A stretch of 64,000 bases of DNA from Camelus dromedarius (Eukaryota), in the NCBI RefSeq assembly GCF_036321535.1, contig NC_087436.1, positions 17,918,001 through 17,982,000 on the forward strand, read 5' to 3'. Under the pieces are notes generated by a model. That model ran no database searches. It was given only the letters and a program-made list of their open reading frames with translations, and was not told the DNA's origin. Positions within the stretch are counted from its first letter, which is position 1; every line of letters starts with the position of its first letter. A program made the translations under genes and the position numbers. Shown here piece after piece: positions 38,450-51,265 of this stretch.

Positions 38450-39070
38450 AAATGGCCTCCTAAAAGATGAATTAATTTGGTTTTACCAGTGGCAGCAGGC
38501 ATTATAAAATATTGTTATCTTACATGGGGCAAAAAGTGGTTGTTTTTGTTTGCAGTTTTGTTCTTGCTGTGATTATCTATTTGCATAGATTTATTGAACA
38601 TCTTTCTTCTTCTTTCCTTCCTTCATTTTCTCTTTTCTTCTCTCTTCCCCTCCCCCACTCTCTCCTTCCTCCCTCCCTCTTTTTCTTAATTTCTGCAGAG
38701 TTTTGTTGAGGTCTAATCTTCATATCATGAATTTGTCTATTTAAAGTATACAATTCAATGGTTTTAGTATGTTCACAGACATGTATAATTATTATCACAT
38801 TTATTTCTTTTTTTAGTTTTTTTTTAAACTTTTGGATTTCTTATTCAATCTGATTTGAAAGAGCTTGGAATTTAATGTATTATGATACATTGCACTTATA
38901 GTATTTTCAAGTTTGTAAATTGTCAATATTTTTAAAGTGGTTTTTTTTCCCTAAAGTGTCATAGCTGCCAACCTTTATGATTTCCGGTTTTAGGTGACAG
39001 ATTTAGGAAGTCTTTTCCAACCCCAGGTTCATAGAACAATTCTCCTAAATTTTCTTCTGATATTCTTATA
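38450..39070 (-). mobile_element. Ancient L1 (L1ME/MB-like) fragments
   Basis: 'ttaaagtatacaattcaatggttttagtatgttcacaga' and 'aggaagtcttttccaaccccaggttcatagaacaattctcctaaattttcttct'. Confidence 0.6.
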
Positions 39071-39334
39071 AATCATCAAGCTTTCAGGTTTTTTTAAAAA
39101 AAAAAAAAAAAAAACAACCAATGTGCAAAGCAGATATTCTCACCCCAGCTCTCCAGCCTCGTGAAATGAAGCTACGAGGAAGAATGGATGAACCCCAGGG
39201 GAGCACTGACAGTTGAACTTATTACTTAGTAATAAAACATGGTATTTTATATGTGACAAGGACAGATGTCCTCACAAAATGTCATATTTCATTTTTCCCC
39301 ACTCTTTTTTCTCCTGAATGTGGAATATCAGAAT

Positions 39335-39469
39335 ATATAGATATTGCTGTATCTAATATAGAGATGTTACCGTATCTAACAGTGATATTACTGCACCTAA
39401 CATGGAGATACTACTCTGTCTGAGATGGAGGGATTCCTGTATCTAACTTAGAGATATTATATACCTAAT
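39335..39469. repeat. Degenerate minisatellite, about 6 units of ~21-23 bp
   Basis: Approximate consensus atagagatattactgtatctaac; units visible directly. Confidence 0.8.
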
Positions 39470-39689
39470 GTCCAGTTATTATTATAGCCTACTTTGTAGC
39501 ATCACTGCTCCTCTTTTACTAGGAACCTACTACTTTTGTTTCTAAAAATCAAAGTATCTCTCTGATTCATAGCATCTTTGCTTAAGTGTGAAAGAAAACT
39601 TAGGTTTAAACTATCGCTTAGAAATCTTGTAACTATGTTGTTTATGTAACATTCATCCTGGACATACCTTTGATATGTAAATATTTTCT

Positions 39690-39906
39690 TTGCTTTGCTT
39701 TGCTTTGCTTTGCTTTCTACAATCAGTTACAATGTGTCAGTTTCTGGTGTATAGCACAACGTCCTATATCTTGTCCCAGTCATGCATATACATAAGTATA
39801 TTCACTTTCATATTTTTTAAAGGTTATTACAAGATATTGAGCATAATTCCCTGTGTTATGCAAAATAAACTTCTTAAAAAACCTATTTTTATATATAGTG
39901 GCTAAC
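39690..39906 (-). mobile_element. Short L1 3' end with (TTTGC)n tail
   Basis: TSD atgtaaatattttct (39675-39689) versus acgtaaatgttttct (39907-39921). Confidence 0.9.
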
Positions 39907-41060
39907 ACGTAAATGTTTTCTAGTTGTCATGTATTTATTTTTTGGATGAAGAGAGTTACTTTGGACCTTGAATGTTAATATTTCCACTTGAAAGACGCTA
40001 TCACCTTGGTGCTGCCCCCTTATGTTGACGTGTATAGTCAGCTGGCAGGACTTTAAACCGTTATTTAACTGATTCTTTCCATGTTTGGGACAATCTTTTT
40101 TGACGTCTTTTGTGTTCTTTAACCCATCTTTTTTCTCATAAGAAAATTCCAAAGACTTCTAAGTGTAACTTTTGCTATTGTTTTTATTTTTTTTCCCTTT
40201 GCATCTGTTGAGAAACCTTATGAATGCCAGAGGTTAGAATTAGATCTACATCTGTTGACCAGTTTTGGAGAATATATGTATCTCATTTGTATATGATGAG
40301 TGAACTTTTGAAAATACAGTCAAATAGGAGTGTCTGTGTATTTCTTTAAATTGTCCAAAGTAGGTCATTGTTTCTGATTTTGTGGCAGAAGATGACAAAG
40401 GAAGATGCTAGGATCTACTTCCAAGGCTTGGCTTTGGCTTTGGCTTTGTATCTTTCCCCCTTTGGATACCATATGTGTCCAGCCTGAGAGAAGGAGAATG
40501 TGTAGAGGTTGCAGGTGGGGAGCAGGTGTATTTTGTGCGATGAAAATGCTTCTCTTTCCCTTAGGTGTATCTTCCTCCCCATGCTGACTCTTCATTTAAT
40601 GTCAGCTCCCCTCTTCCTACAGTAGGAAATAGAACCTTCCATATGCAGCGCCTTCTTCCCACTGTCCTATGTGGGCTTACATTGCTCTAGGCATGAACAC
40701 TGCATGCCCCTGCAGCTGCTGCCACCTCTTTGCTCATCACTCCAGCCCTTTCTACAGCAGGTACAGCCCTGGCTGCAGGGGCAGAGCCCTGGCAGGAAGC
40801 CAGTGTTGAAATAAGTACCCATGGTTGATGGGCCCCACTGTTGCCTCTGGAAAAGGACAAGCAGGGCCATGGGATTGAGGCAAGAAAGGACGATAGCCAA
40901 GACCAAAATCCACTCACAAGAGGGATGAGGCTTTAGGGGCCAGAGATGTGAAAACGTTTTGCCACTAACACGTGGGCGTGCGTGCTGCTCTCTGGCTAAG
41001 CTGTGTAGCTGTGTGTGGGGAAAAGTGTGTATGAGAGAAGACGAATAGAAAGGAGATGGA

Positions 41061-41980
41061 GATGACTGTAGCTCTGTAGTGTTGTCTGAAGTCTGGGAGG
41101 GTTATTCCTCCAGCTTCATTCTTCTTCTTCAGTATTGCTTTGGCAATTCTGGGTCTTTTGTGATTACATGTAAGTTTTAGGATTATTTGTTCTAGTTCTG
41201 TGAAAAATGACCTGGGTAATTTTATAGGAATTCCATTAATTCTGTAGACTGCTTTGAGCAGTATGGCCATTTTAACAATATTAATTTTTCCAACCTAAGA
41301 ATGTGGGATATCTTTCTATTTCTTCAAGTCATTTTTAATTTCCTTAATGTTTTGTAGTTCTCCACATATAAGGCTTTCACTTGCTTGGTCAGATTTATTC
41401 TTAAGTATTTAATTTTTGGGATGTGATTTTAAAAGGGATTGTGTCTTTATCTTACTGTTCTGATATTTCATTTACAATGGAATACTACTCAGCCATAAAA
41501 AAGAATAAAATAATGCCATTTTTAGCAATGTGGATGAACCTGGAGATCTTCATTGTAAGTGAAATAAGCCAGAAAGAGAAAATAATACCATATGATACCA
41601 TTTATATGTAGAATCTAAACAAAAAAGACAAATGAACTTACTTACAAAACAGAAACAGACTCAGATTTAGAAACCAAACTTAAGGTTACCAGAGGGGAAA
41701 GGAGGTGGGAAGGGATAAATTGGGAGATCGAGATTCACAGATACTAACTACTATATATAAAATAGATAAACAACAAGTTTCTTCTGTATAGCACAGGGAA
41801 CTATATTCATTCACTATCTCATAGTCACCTATAATGAAAAAGAATGTGAAAACAAAGATATATTTGTATATGTATGACTGACACATTATGCTGTACACTG
41901 CAGATGGACACAACACTGTAAACTGACTCTACGACAATTTTAAAAATTAAAAAAAAATATTAAACCATATTTAAAAAATA
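41061..41980 (+). mobile_element. L1 with inverted ORF2 segment joined to a forward 3' end
   Basis: Minus-strand translation [28 protein letters not shown]...GGITLPDF matches L1 ORF2p. From about 41472 the + strand reads TMEYYSAIKKNKIMPF, then 3'UTR and an A-rich tail. Confidence 0.92.
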
Positions 41981-44900
41981 AATGGAGAGAACATGGTGAA
42001 ACCCAGCAGGTTAAGTCTGTGCCAAGAGACGAGACCATGCAATTTCCCTCTCATTACCAAATCTCAGTCACCAAGAGGTAATACTAATATGCCAAACACT
42101 AGCAAAAACAATAGGTTTTATTTGATTTCTGTAATAGAGCACACCCACCTTGTCCCTTGTCCAAGTGTATCCACTCCTGCCCCATCACTGTTTCTGCTCA
42201 CTTTGGTAAAATCATCGGGGAGGATGTCACAGGAGGGACTTTGGGAGCGCTGAAGTCACCAGCTGATTACCGACGATGGGGAAATAACAGGTGTTGCAGA
42301 AACCGTCATCAGAGTGTGTCTGGAGCTGCTCCAGACTGTAAACACGCTTTTGCCACAGTCATAGCCCCCGGGATCCCATGATACTCTAAGGGGGACCACT
42401 GGGGTGAATTTGAAGAGTACACAGGAGTGTCCACGGTTGGGGTATTTTTTCTTTTTTTAGATTGGGGCAGTGCACAGTTAAACTTGAATTTGAAGATTCA
42501 CATATTCTCAACAAACTTAGCTCCGTATCCTTAGTTTTTAAAATGTGCTTTCTTCTCCCGTCCACTTTTGAACTTTCAGAAATTGAGTTGTTTCTTTCAA
42601 TCAGGAAAAACACGTTACATCATTTTCTTTCCAGATAAATCAGTACTGCATCTGACCATTGATCGTGACTTAGAATTGAGGAAGTTCAGCATTTTTATTT
42701 ATGTTCCTATTGAGCTACCCTGATTGTTGAAGATTACTGCCATAACCCCACTGACATCTTTTCCAAGTTTAATTTTAACTTCTTCCCATTTTGTCGCCTC
42801 TCCGTATGTAGACCTGAAAATCTGGAGCTGAGATTATTGAACAGGAACCATTCTTACTCAACTAGGGACATATCTTACATGGTGTATCTGTAAAGAAGTA
42901 TTTAAAGAAGTATTTTAGACTCATTTATGTTTTATAAATAGAATATATTCTTGGTAGTATTACTGAGCTTTTACTTCTGGTCATTTTTGCCTTTGTAGTA
43001 ATTTATGAAGCAGATATTCTTTTAGAAGACAATTTTAAATATTTACATTTAGTCGTAAGCATTAGAGAAGGAGATTTCTCAGCTCTAGGGCACAGGCTCC
43101 CTTTGTGGAAGGTAAACATTGTCAGTTGCGTTAAAGCTTCATCTTCACAAAGGTTAAGTTTGTCAGTCCTTGTTCTAAGCGTATTGTTTAAATCTGTATG
43201 TTGCATAAACAGTTGATGTCAAAATCCTTCAAGCCCTAAAGAAAAAAAAAAATCTGAGAAGCTCAAGTCTGTCAAAGATCGACAGCTTGCCTCCTAACAC
43301 AATACAAATAGTGGATGATGATAAAACCCTTGCCTGGACCAACTCTGGCCATGTGTCAGGCCCTCTTTAATTTTCCTCTGAAGAACTCTTTCATTTTCGA
43401 ATCCTAACACTGGCAAGCTTGAAGCTTTACCTAAAGCTTATAAAAATGCTTTTAAAATTTTAGAAGTGAAACATTTTTCGTTCTTGTGACAGTCTGGGTC
43501 CACTGATCTTGCTGATCGGACTTCTCATCTAACCTTAATTGTTAGAGATAAAGTATATTTTTGAGGATAAAACTTAATTCTTCCACAGACTGGATGGTCT
43601 TATGATTCATGGAACAACAGAAAAATAAAACCACCAGGACTTACAGAATCTGGATAAATGCCGCCCAACAGGCACACGTGTATATTTGCATCTTTACACA
43701 CAAGACTTGGGCACCATCTACTACTGTAAGGAATCTGTTAAAGGAGAATCAGTCACTTGCTCTGTTTATTACACAGGTAGGGGAAGTATTTAGTTCTCTT
43801 GACATAGTCTTGGGGAAAACCATTTGCTACCTGCTTACCCACAACAGTAGAATTCCAGGTTCTCTCTCCTTGGTGAATAAAGGATCTGTTCTGATCATAC
43901 CCTTTTTATTCTGTAGCACACTTGGTAGATGACAGTCACACGTGTGCACCAGCCCCTCTGCTATCATGAGAGACCACCCGTATTTCACGCAGCATTACTG
44001 TATTTCACACGTTACACAACTTCCTTTCTAGCCTTAAGTCCAGTCACGTCTTTCTCGGTGGTCTATAGCTCGCTTGCATGTTGTAGTATCTCTGTGTTAT
44101 GGAGGAGGCAAACCACAGGGACAGGGTACTAGAGAGAGAAAAGAGAGGAGTTCACATGAATATAGAGGCTGCTTTGCAACGTTACCCAGTCTGCTGCTTT
44201 TTCTCAAAATTCACTCTGTAATTTTGGTGACTCATAACTCCTGGTAATAAAAGCAGGACGTCATTTACAGATGAGGATCCCAAGACCCAAGACACCTAGC
44301 CCAGGGTTCCAAAGCTGCTTGGTAGCAGAGCTGAGAGACTTCACAACAGGTGATGAGATGTGTCCATGACTGTACCCCCTCCCCACGGATGACACCCGCT
44401 CCCATTCTCCCAGCTTGGTCTCAGCCACAGACCTCGTGATGCTTGTATGACAGAATTATCTTGGGAAACTTGCGCTTATGCAGAGGATCCGGTTATCTGT
44501 AGAGGTATGTGACACTGGCTTTCTGTCTGACGCCCATGTCACTTCTGAAGTAACGTTTGGCTTTTGTCACAGGTATTTTTTGCCATGTCTTTTACTTGCC
44601 AGTCTGTGACAATTAAAAAAAGACCTGCAGTAGTTAAGGCATGTAAAATGATTCTTCATTGAACTAAAGATAGCTAATTCTTCTCAGCGTTCACGCTGTT
44701 TTCTCCGGTTAATATCGGAGCATATAAGGAGACAAGGGATTGGCATAGATGAAGGTCTCACCAGCTGGTTGTCATTCTGCATTGGCGACATTTGTTTTGT
44801 TAGAACGGTGTAGAGGTTGGAAATGAGTAATTTGTGAAATGGAAACAAATGCAGACATTTGAAAATTATATCAGAGATTGAGGACTTTTTAAAATATAGG

Positions 44901-47459
44901 CAATTTTTTTTTTTTACTTTTCCTACAGATCTGTCAGTTTTCCAATTTTGTTTTGCCCGTAACAACTGCTCCTTCATTTGCACATATATTTAAAATAATG
45001 CCTGAATGATGTATGATGTATCTTTCAAGGAAAATTAAAACTAAATGCCTTTCTCTTGGAGGTCACTTTTTGGCTTGTTTCTCTGTTTATCATCCTTAAA
45101 CCCCCGGGCTCTTGCCTCTCTGCAACTTTATCATAACCACGCCAGTTGTATTTTCTTTTATGCAGCTTCTAACCTTTTTATGAGTTACTCAAAATAGGTA
45201 CAGAGCAACCTGGTTTAGTTATATTTAGTTGGGCTACTGCAGTTATGAAGAAAACTGATAAGATGATATGGTCTTAATTTTTATAACTGGAAAATTTTAA
45301 AGTACTCTTTTTCCCATTCAGATAACTAATTTTTATGAAAATCTTCCTAATATATGGATTTAATTTCTAGTGTCTTAGGTCAGTACATTCCTAAGTGTTA
45401 ATAAGACTGTGATTTTCCTTTTAAAAAATACCACTAGAGGACATTTGATTTTTAAGTGGTATGTTGGAACCCAAAATATATATTTTCCTGAAACAATGTG
45501 AAGTATAAATATAATATCAAATTGGAGTCACATCAATAAATCAAAAAGTGGTACAATTCTAATGTAATTTTGGCTAATTATAAAATTTTTCTAATTAAAT
45601 TGAGAAGAATTTCACAAATACCTATTGATTTTTATCTCTCAAAATTCTAATTAACACTTTATATGTTAAATTATATCAATTCCTTCATTCTGTTCTTTTT
45701 GTTAAAATGTAGAAAATAATATTTCACGCTCATAAGCCAGAAGAATTGGCACTTGTACTAATACAAGTAAGTGCCTTACACAGAAACTTATGCACAGCAA
45801 ATTAAAGCTGCATTTACATGGATTGTAGTTCCCAGAAGGTAAATGATTTCCCCCCTTAAAGATGGAATAAAAATAAGTCCAATGTAAATATAGTGCTGTA
45901 ATTTTAAAAAATTATTATACATAACTATATACATGGCTAAAGAGTAAGCAAACCAATATTATCCAGCCATACCAGAGACAACCACTATATATATTTTACA
46001 GATTCCTTCCAGTCTTTTCTCTGTATCTGTGTGTGTTGTGTGTACTAAGTCACACATATTGAGTATAACTGAAATTGTATTTTATAGTACAGTTGATTTG
46101 TGCTTTTTTCAGTTAGCATACCATAAGCATTTTCAATACAGAAAATATTTTTAATGCTTGAAAAAAACCTGTTATATCCTATGTATCATAATGTGCATAA
46201 GTTCTCTCTTTTTGACCATTCAAGTTCACATTTGGTATTTTCCTCTTATAATTCATGTAAAGTGAACATTTATATTTACATCTTTATCTGAATTCTGACA
46301 CTTAAAAGATGAATCCAAAAAAGAGGGGCTTGTCAGGTCAAAGAGTGAGAATTTTTGAAAGTATGTGTCATAAACTACTTTTTATAGAAGTAGTACAACT
46401 TACTATCAGCGTTAATTTTCAGAGTTAGTTACATGAAGGCAAAACCTCCTCATAAGAAGCCACCCCGAGAAAAACTATTCAGAAGGTGTCGTGGGATCAT
46501 AACAGCCTGAAAGCATCGTTGTGAAGCAGCTTACTAATTGGTTAGAGAGTAAGGGGTTCAGAGTTTCCCAGAAGAGTTTGTCTTTATCTTGCTCAAGTTT
46601 TATTTAGGTGTTGGAGGATCAGGAATACTAACAACCAAACGTGGTAGCTCGGAGGTGACACTACAGATCATTTTGTGTGACAGGCGGGCTCGGGCACAGC
46701 GTCAGCCTCAAACCACCCAGAGTGGCAGTGGCTTGCTGTGGAATGAACGTTGGAGTGACTAAGAGCTGGGCAGAGCCAGTCCTGGGAAGACCCTCCTGGG
46801 CCTTGTGAGCAACTGGCTGATCAAAGTGACTGAACAGCGAGCCATGATGTAGGAGGAAATGAAATGCTGGCCCTAACTATTCCGGTCCCGTGACATACTG
46901 CAAAAGCCATTTTTTAAAAATAAATCCTCACAGCAACTTTGATCCTGTCAAAACACTGGTTATTTAAAACTCACTTGCCTGAATTGTAGATAATCAAGAG
47001 TTTTCCACGTTAAAAGCACATAATTGTCATTTATTGTATAATAGTTGCAGAACACTGGTTTCACTGTTAGATTTTTACATAATAGAGATTTTACATTATT
47101 TTCCTTGTATAAAATACTCAAATTGTTTATCATGTTGATTACAGATTCCTTGTCATTGTTGGATGTATGTTTTCTTAGTTATGAGTATATTATGGTAGTT
47201 TATTTTGAAATCAGAAATAGGTATAGAATTTGCAGTTGTTTTTACAAATGAGTCTTAGTGGAAGGCTTTGGATTTTAACTTTCCTTTTGTATCTTCTGGA
47301 TTATTAGGAAGGCAGACACTTAGTTTTCTCTTTAAAACTACTGTCAGTGTTACTTCTAAAAGAAGTGATCCTTTCTAGGAAATTATAAAACCATTTGTGA
47401 TTATTAATAACATCAAGATCATGTTTAAAATATAGGACATATAAGTAGTCTTACAGTAT

Positions 47460-47789
47460 TTTGTTTTATTTTTTTAATTGAAGTACAGTCAGTTACAGTG
47501 TATCAATTTCTGGTGTACGACACAGTGTCCCAGTCATGCATATACATACATATATTCATTTTCATATTCTTTTTCATTAAAAGTTATTATAAGACATTGA
47601 ATATAGTTCCCTATGCTATACAGAAGAAACTTGTTTTTTTAATCTATTTTCATATATAGTGGCTAATATTTGCAAATCTCAAACTCCTGAATTTTATCCC
47701 TTCCTACTCCCTTTCCTCCGGTAACTATAAGATTGTTTACTATGTCTGCGAGTCTGTTTCTGTTTTGTAGATAAGTTTATAGTGTCCTT

Positions 47790-47826
<37 letters not shown>

Positions 47827-48455
47827 AGATTCCACATATGAGTGATATCATATGGTATTTTTCTTTCTCTTTCTGGCTTCACTTAAAATGACATTCTCTA
47901 GGTCCATCATGTTGCTGAAAATGGCACTTTATTCTTTTTATGGCTGAGTAATATTCCATTGTATAAATATACCACAACTTCTTTATCCAGTCATCTGTTG
48001 ATGAACATTGAGGTTGCTCCCATGTCTTGGCTATTATATATAGTGCTTCTATGAACATTGGGGTGCATCTATCTTTTCAAATTAGAATTCCCTCCAGATA
48101 GATGCCCAGGAGTGGGATTGCTGGATCATATGGTAAGTCTATTTTTAGTTTTTTGAGGAATCTCCATACTGTTTTCCATAATGGCTGCATCAAGCTGCAT
48201 TTCTACCAACAGTGTACAAGAGTTCCCTTTTCTCCACAGCCTCTCCAGCATTTATCATTCATGGACTTCTGAATGATGGCCATTCTGACTGGTGTGAGGT
48301 GATACCTCATTTTATTTTTGATTTGCATTTCTCTGATAATTAGCAATATTGAACATTTTTTCATGTGCCTATTGGCCATTTGTGTGTCTTCATTGGAGAA
48401 TTGCTTGTTTAGGCCTTCTGCCCATTTTTTTGATTGGGTTGTTTGTTTTTTGTAT
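47460..48455 (-). mobile_element. 5'-truncated L1, about 1 kb, longest colinear copy in the window
   Basis: Continuous reverse-complement 3'UTR and ORF2 C-terminus ('gccattctgactggtgtgaggtgatacctcat'). Confidence 0.95.
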
Positions 48456-50041
48456 TAAACTACTGTACTGAATGAGGGCTTTTAGTTACTTAAGGGTCAT
48501 TACTGTGTAAATTGTAAATACAGATGTAAAGTATAGTTTTATACCCATTAGGCCATTTGTGGGAAAACATAAATGAAATTATGTGCATAGTAAACTCTCA
48601 ACGCCTTTTCTATGACTAATACTGGATAAAGTTCTCAAATGGAAAAAGGTCTCATATATTTAAGCGTGGTTATATATCGGAAAGAATGATACTGTTTTTC
48701 ACAGAACTAAAAAAATGGCCACGTTCAATACTGTGCTGAGAATAGCGCGCCTGCGCCTAGGGCTGTGTTGATTTCATGGTGGTGCCTCATCTCCCTCTTG
48801 TCTCACTTGCTCTTTCATTTTCACCTCGAACTAGTTGATCATATTGTTTTTGAAGATCTTTCTCCCCATATGGTCCTTTCATTATTTCTTTTAACTGAAT
48901 CCACTCTCAGGTGCTTTCAGTAGAGTTTGGTTCCCAGGTCAGGTCTGGAACTGCATGGTACCACGCCCTTGCTCTTAGGACAAAATACACTCCCTTTAAA
49001 AAGTCGGGATAAATGAGACCCTCCCATCACCTGCTTTCCTCCTAGGAACGATGTGAGACACAAGTCATGTTACCCATTTCCATAAAACCTGCAGAGGGGT
49101 GTGCTAGCAAGAAGGGCTTGCCATAGGACTTCGGAATTTGAGTTTTTACCATGAAGCTTAGCAAGAAAATTGCTTCGCCTGAGAGCATGTTTACCATTTT
49201 GCAAGACAGGATACGTACAAAAAAGGGGAAAGCCAGGCTGCAGGAGGTGAAGGCAAAGCAAATAAAGTTTCAAAACTGTAATATGAAAAATGTTTGAAAA
49301 CTCGGCAAAGCGTAACAGAAAGAGCAGAGAATCCGGGGCCCAGACTGAGCCCCCTTTTCCCACCTTACTGTCCAGTCTTGGCCAAGCCATTGAAATTCCT
49401 TTTTCTTTCATTTTTAAAATGGAGGCAATAATCATCACCTCGCAAGTTTGTCCTCAGAATTAAAAGGACTTCAGCATTTAGCTAGATTTATAATCACAGT
49501 GTTTTATTAGTTTGCTTTAGTTTACAAAATGTAAATTGAACGATTTTGTAATCAATACAAAGTCTAATAGGAACCATACCCAAGTATATTATTGTTGTAC
49601 AATGTACAACAGGTAAATTTTCTCACAAATACGACACGTTGGATGGTTTAAACATATTTTTTTATGGATCAAATCTTGTCCTGAGTGAAATGGACTTGTT
49701 ACAAATTTGAAGTGCTTTAGAATTAAGTATATTAAAAGTGATCATGTTTTATAGGGGTTTTTTAATGGGTTGTAATAAATCTGCTTATTACTCACAAGAT
49801 AAACGTTATTGGACTGTAGTCCAAGGACTTTCTAAAGACTGAAATGTTTCCTTTCTCTGGTAAATTATCCATCAAATTTTATCTTATTTTGGAATGGCTT
49901 ATTCCTTGCAGTTGGTAATAAAAGAGAGTCCTGGGTCATTTAAACAAGTAATTAAGAGGACCATTTACTATTTTTTGCCTTTGAAGAGTGCTAATTTTAT
50001 TTGTTGTGGGTTAACAAGGCATTTATTCTGCATACTTACAG

Positions 50042-50058
50042 CTTCCAGTAGTTCAAAG
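50042..50058 (+). other. Candidate 17-nt microexon
   Basis: ttattctgcatacttacag|CTTCCAGTAGTTCAAAG|gtgagt; consensus donor; splice motifs only. Confidence 0.35.
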
Positions 50059-50489
50059 GTGAGTCATTCAACAGTAAAATTTTTTCTGTAATATTTATTA
50101 CAGATCTTTAACTAAAAACAGATGTTTTCTTTCTTTTTTTTAAAAAGTCTGTAAATTTGCTGAAATGCAAACTAGACAAAACTGAGGCAAGAGTATATTA
50201 ATTTAAAAGTTATGATTATTTGTCTGGAAAAATGCCAGCTGTAGCTAAGTTGAATCATCCTTTTATGAGACATTTATTTGAATTAATGTGATGTTATTTA
50301 ATAGAGTACCTATAAAACCGTGTATGACTTGTCGAATGAGAATGCATTGCATTTTTGCAGTTCCTTTCTTCTTCTTATACTTGTGCAAATGACTTTCAGA
50401 GAAATTCTTACTCTCAACCCTTCAGTATTTTGGTACCCACTGTGTGTCAGGCACTATAGTAGGTGCTAAGCTAAGTGCAGTGGGCTCAG

Positions 50490-50895
50490 TCAGCCAGTGC
50501 TGAGCTGGTCATGCTGACTGGAGCACTGGCCCTCGAGGGGCGAGGAAAGGCCTGATTTCTAGTGTTGGCTGATTTCTGTGGTGTAGACACTCCCACCATA
50601 ACTGATTTCAAGCAACAAATGTGATGTTAGTGACTGTGACGTTGGGAAAAGGTGCTCAGTAGTTCAGTTAGATAACATCTCCACCTAAAGAGCATAGAGG
50701 AAATTGTCATAAGATTGTTAGGAGACAATGAGTTCTGAGTATCTATTACCTTTTTAAATGCAATTAATTCATTGCAAGTTTGTAGAAAGTCATTTTTAAT
50801 AATAGCTGTAGTTTAACAGCTCATTTGCTAAATCCCTAAAAACTGAAGAATCAGCTTTCATCACCCAATACAAGCTGCCTCCCATACAATGCAGA
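50490..50895 (-). mobile_element. MER63-like hAT-Blackjack fossil inside L2
   Basis: 'gatttctgtggtgtagacactcccaccataactgatttcaagc' and 'taataatagctgtagtttaacagctcatttgctaaatccctaaaaa' resemble reverse MER63. Confidence 0.7.
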
Positions 50896-51043
50896 GGGAC
50901 AAACAAAGTAAATAAAACGTGGTATGTTTAAAGGTGATAAGTATTAGTGACAAGCAAAGCGAAAAAAAAAAAAAGGGATCCAGGCATTTCTGTGTCTGTG
51001 TGCACATGTGTGTCCGTGTCCTGCTTTAGAAACTGTGGTCAGT

Positions 51044-51138
51044 TGAGAGTGGGGTGTACAGCTCAGTGGTAGAGTCCACGCTTAGTATGCATGAAGTCCT
51101 GGATTCAACCTCCAGTACCTCCATTTAATAAAAAAGAA
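51044..51138 (+). mobile_element. tRNA-derived SINE (Vic-1-like, short form), copy 1 of tandem pair
   Basis: A box-like 'agctcagtgg', B box-like 'gattcaacc', 'cagtacctccatt' and A tail; flanked by TSD copies. Confidence 0.9.
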
Positions 51139-51154
51139 AGAAAGTGTGGTCAGT

Positions 51155-51249
51155 TGAGAGTGGGGTGTACAGCTCAGTGGCAGAGCGCACGCTTAGTATG
51201 CACGAAGTCCTTCGTTCAACCTCCAGTACCTCCATTTAATAAAAAAGAA
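51155..51249 (+). mobile_element. tRNA-derived SINE (Vic-1-like, short form), copy 2 of tandem pair
   Basis: 111-bp period relative to copy 1. Confidence 0.9.
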
Positions 51250-51265
51250 AGAAAGTGTGGTCAGT

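Noticed and set aside
40965..41270. 101-aa ORF with clear protein similarity
   Set aside because: It is a fragment of L1 ORF2p, not a host gene.
45429..45445. CTCF-like ccactagaggaca
   Set aside because: Mismatch in the G-rich core and no supporting context.
49594..49612. tgttgtaca-a-tgtacaaca inverted repeat
   Set aside because: 9-bp arms are too short to be distinguished from chance.
51028..51265. Three 16-bp direct repeats with equal spacers (superficially CRISPR-like)
   Set aside because: The spacers are near-identical SINE copies and the repeats are TSDs in mammalian DNA.
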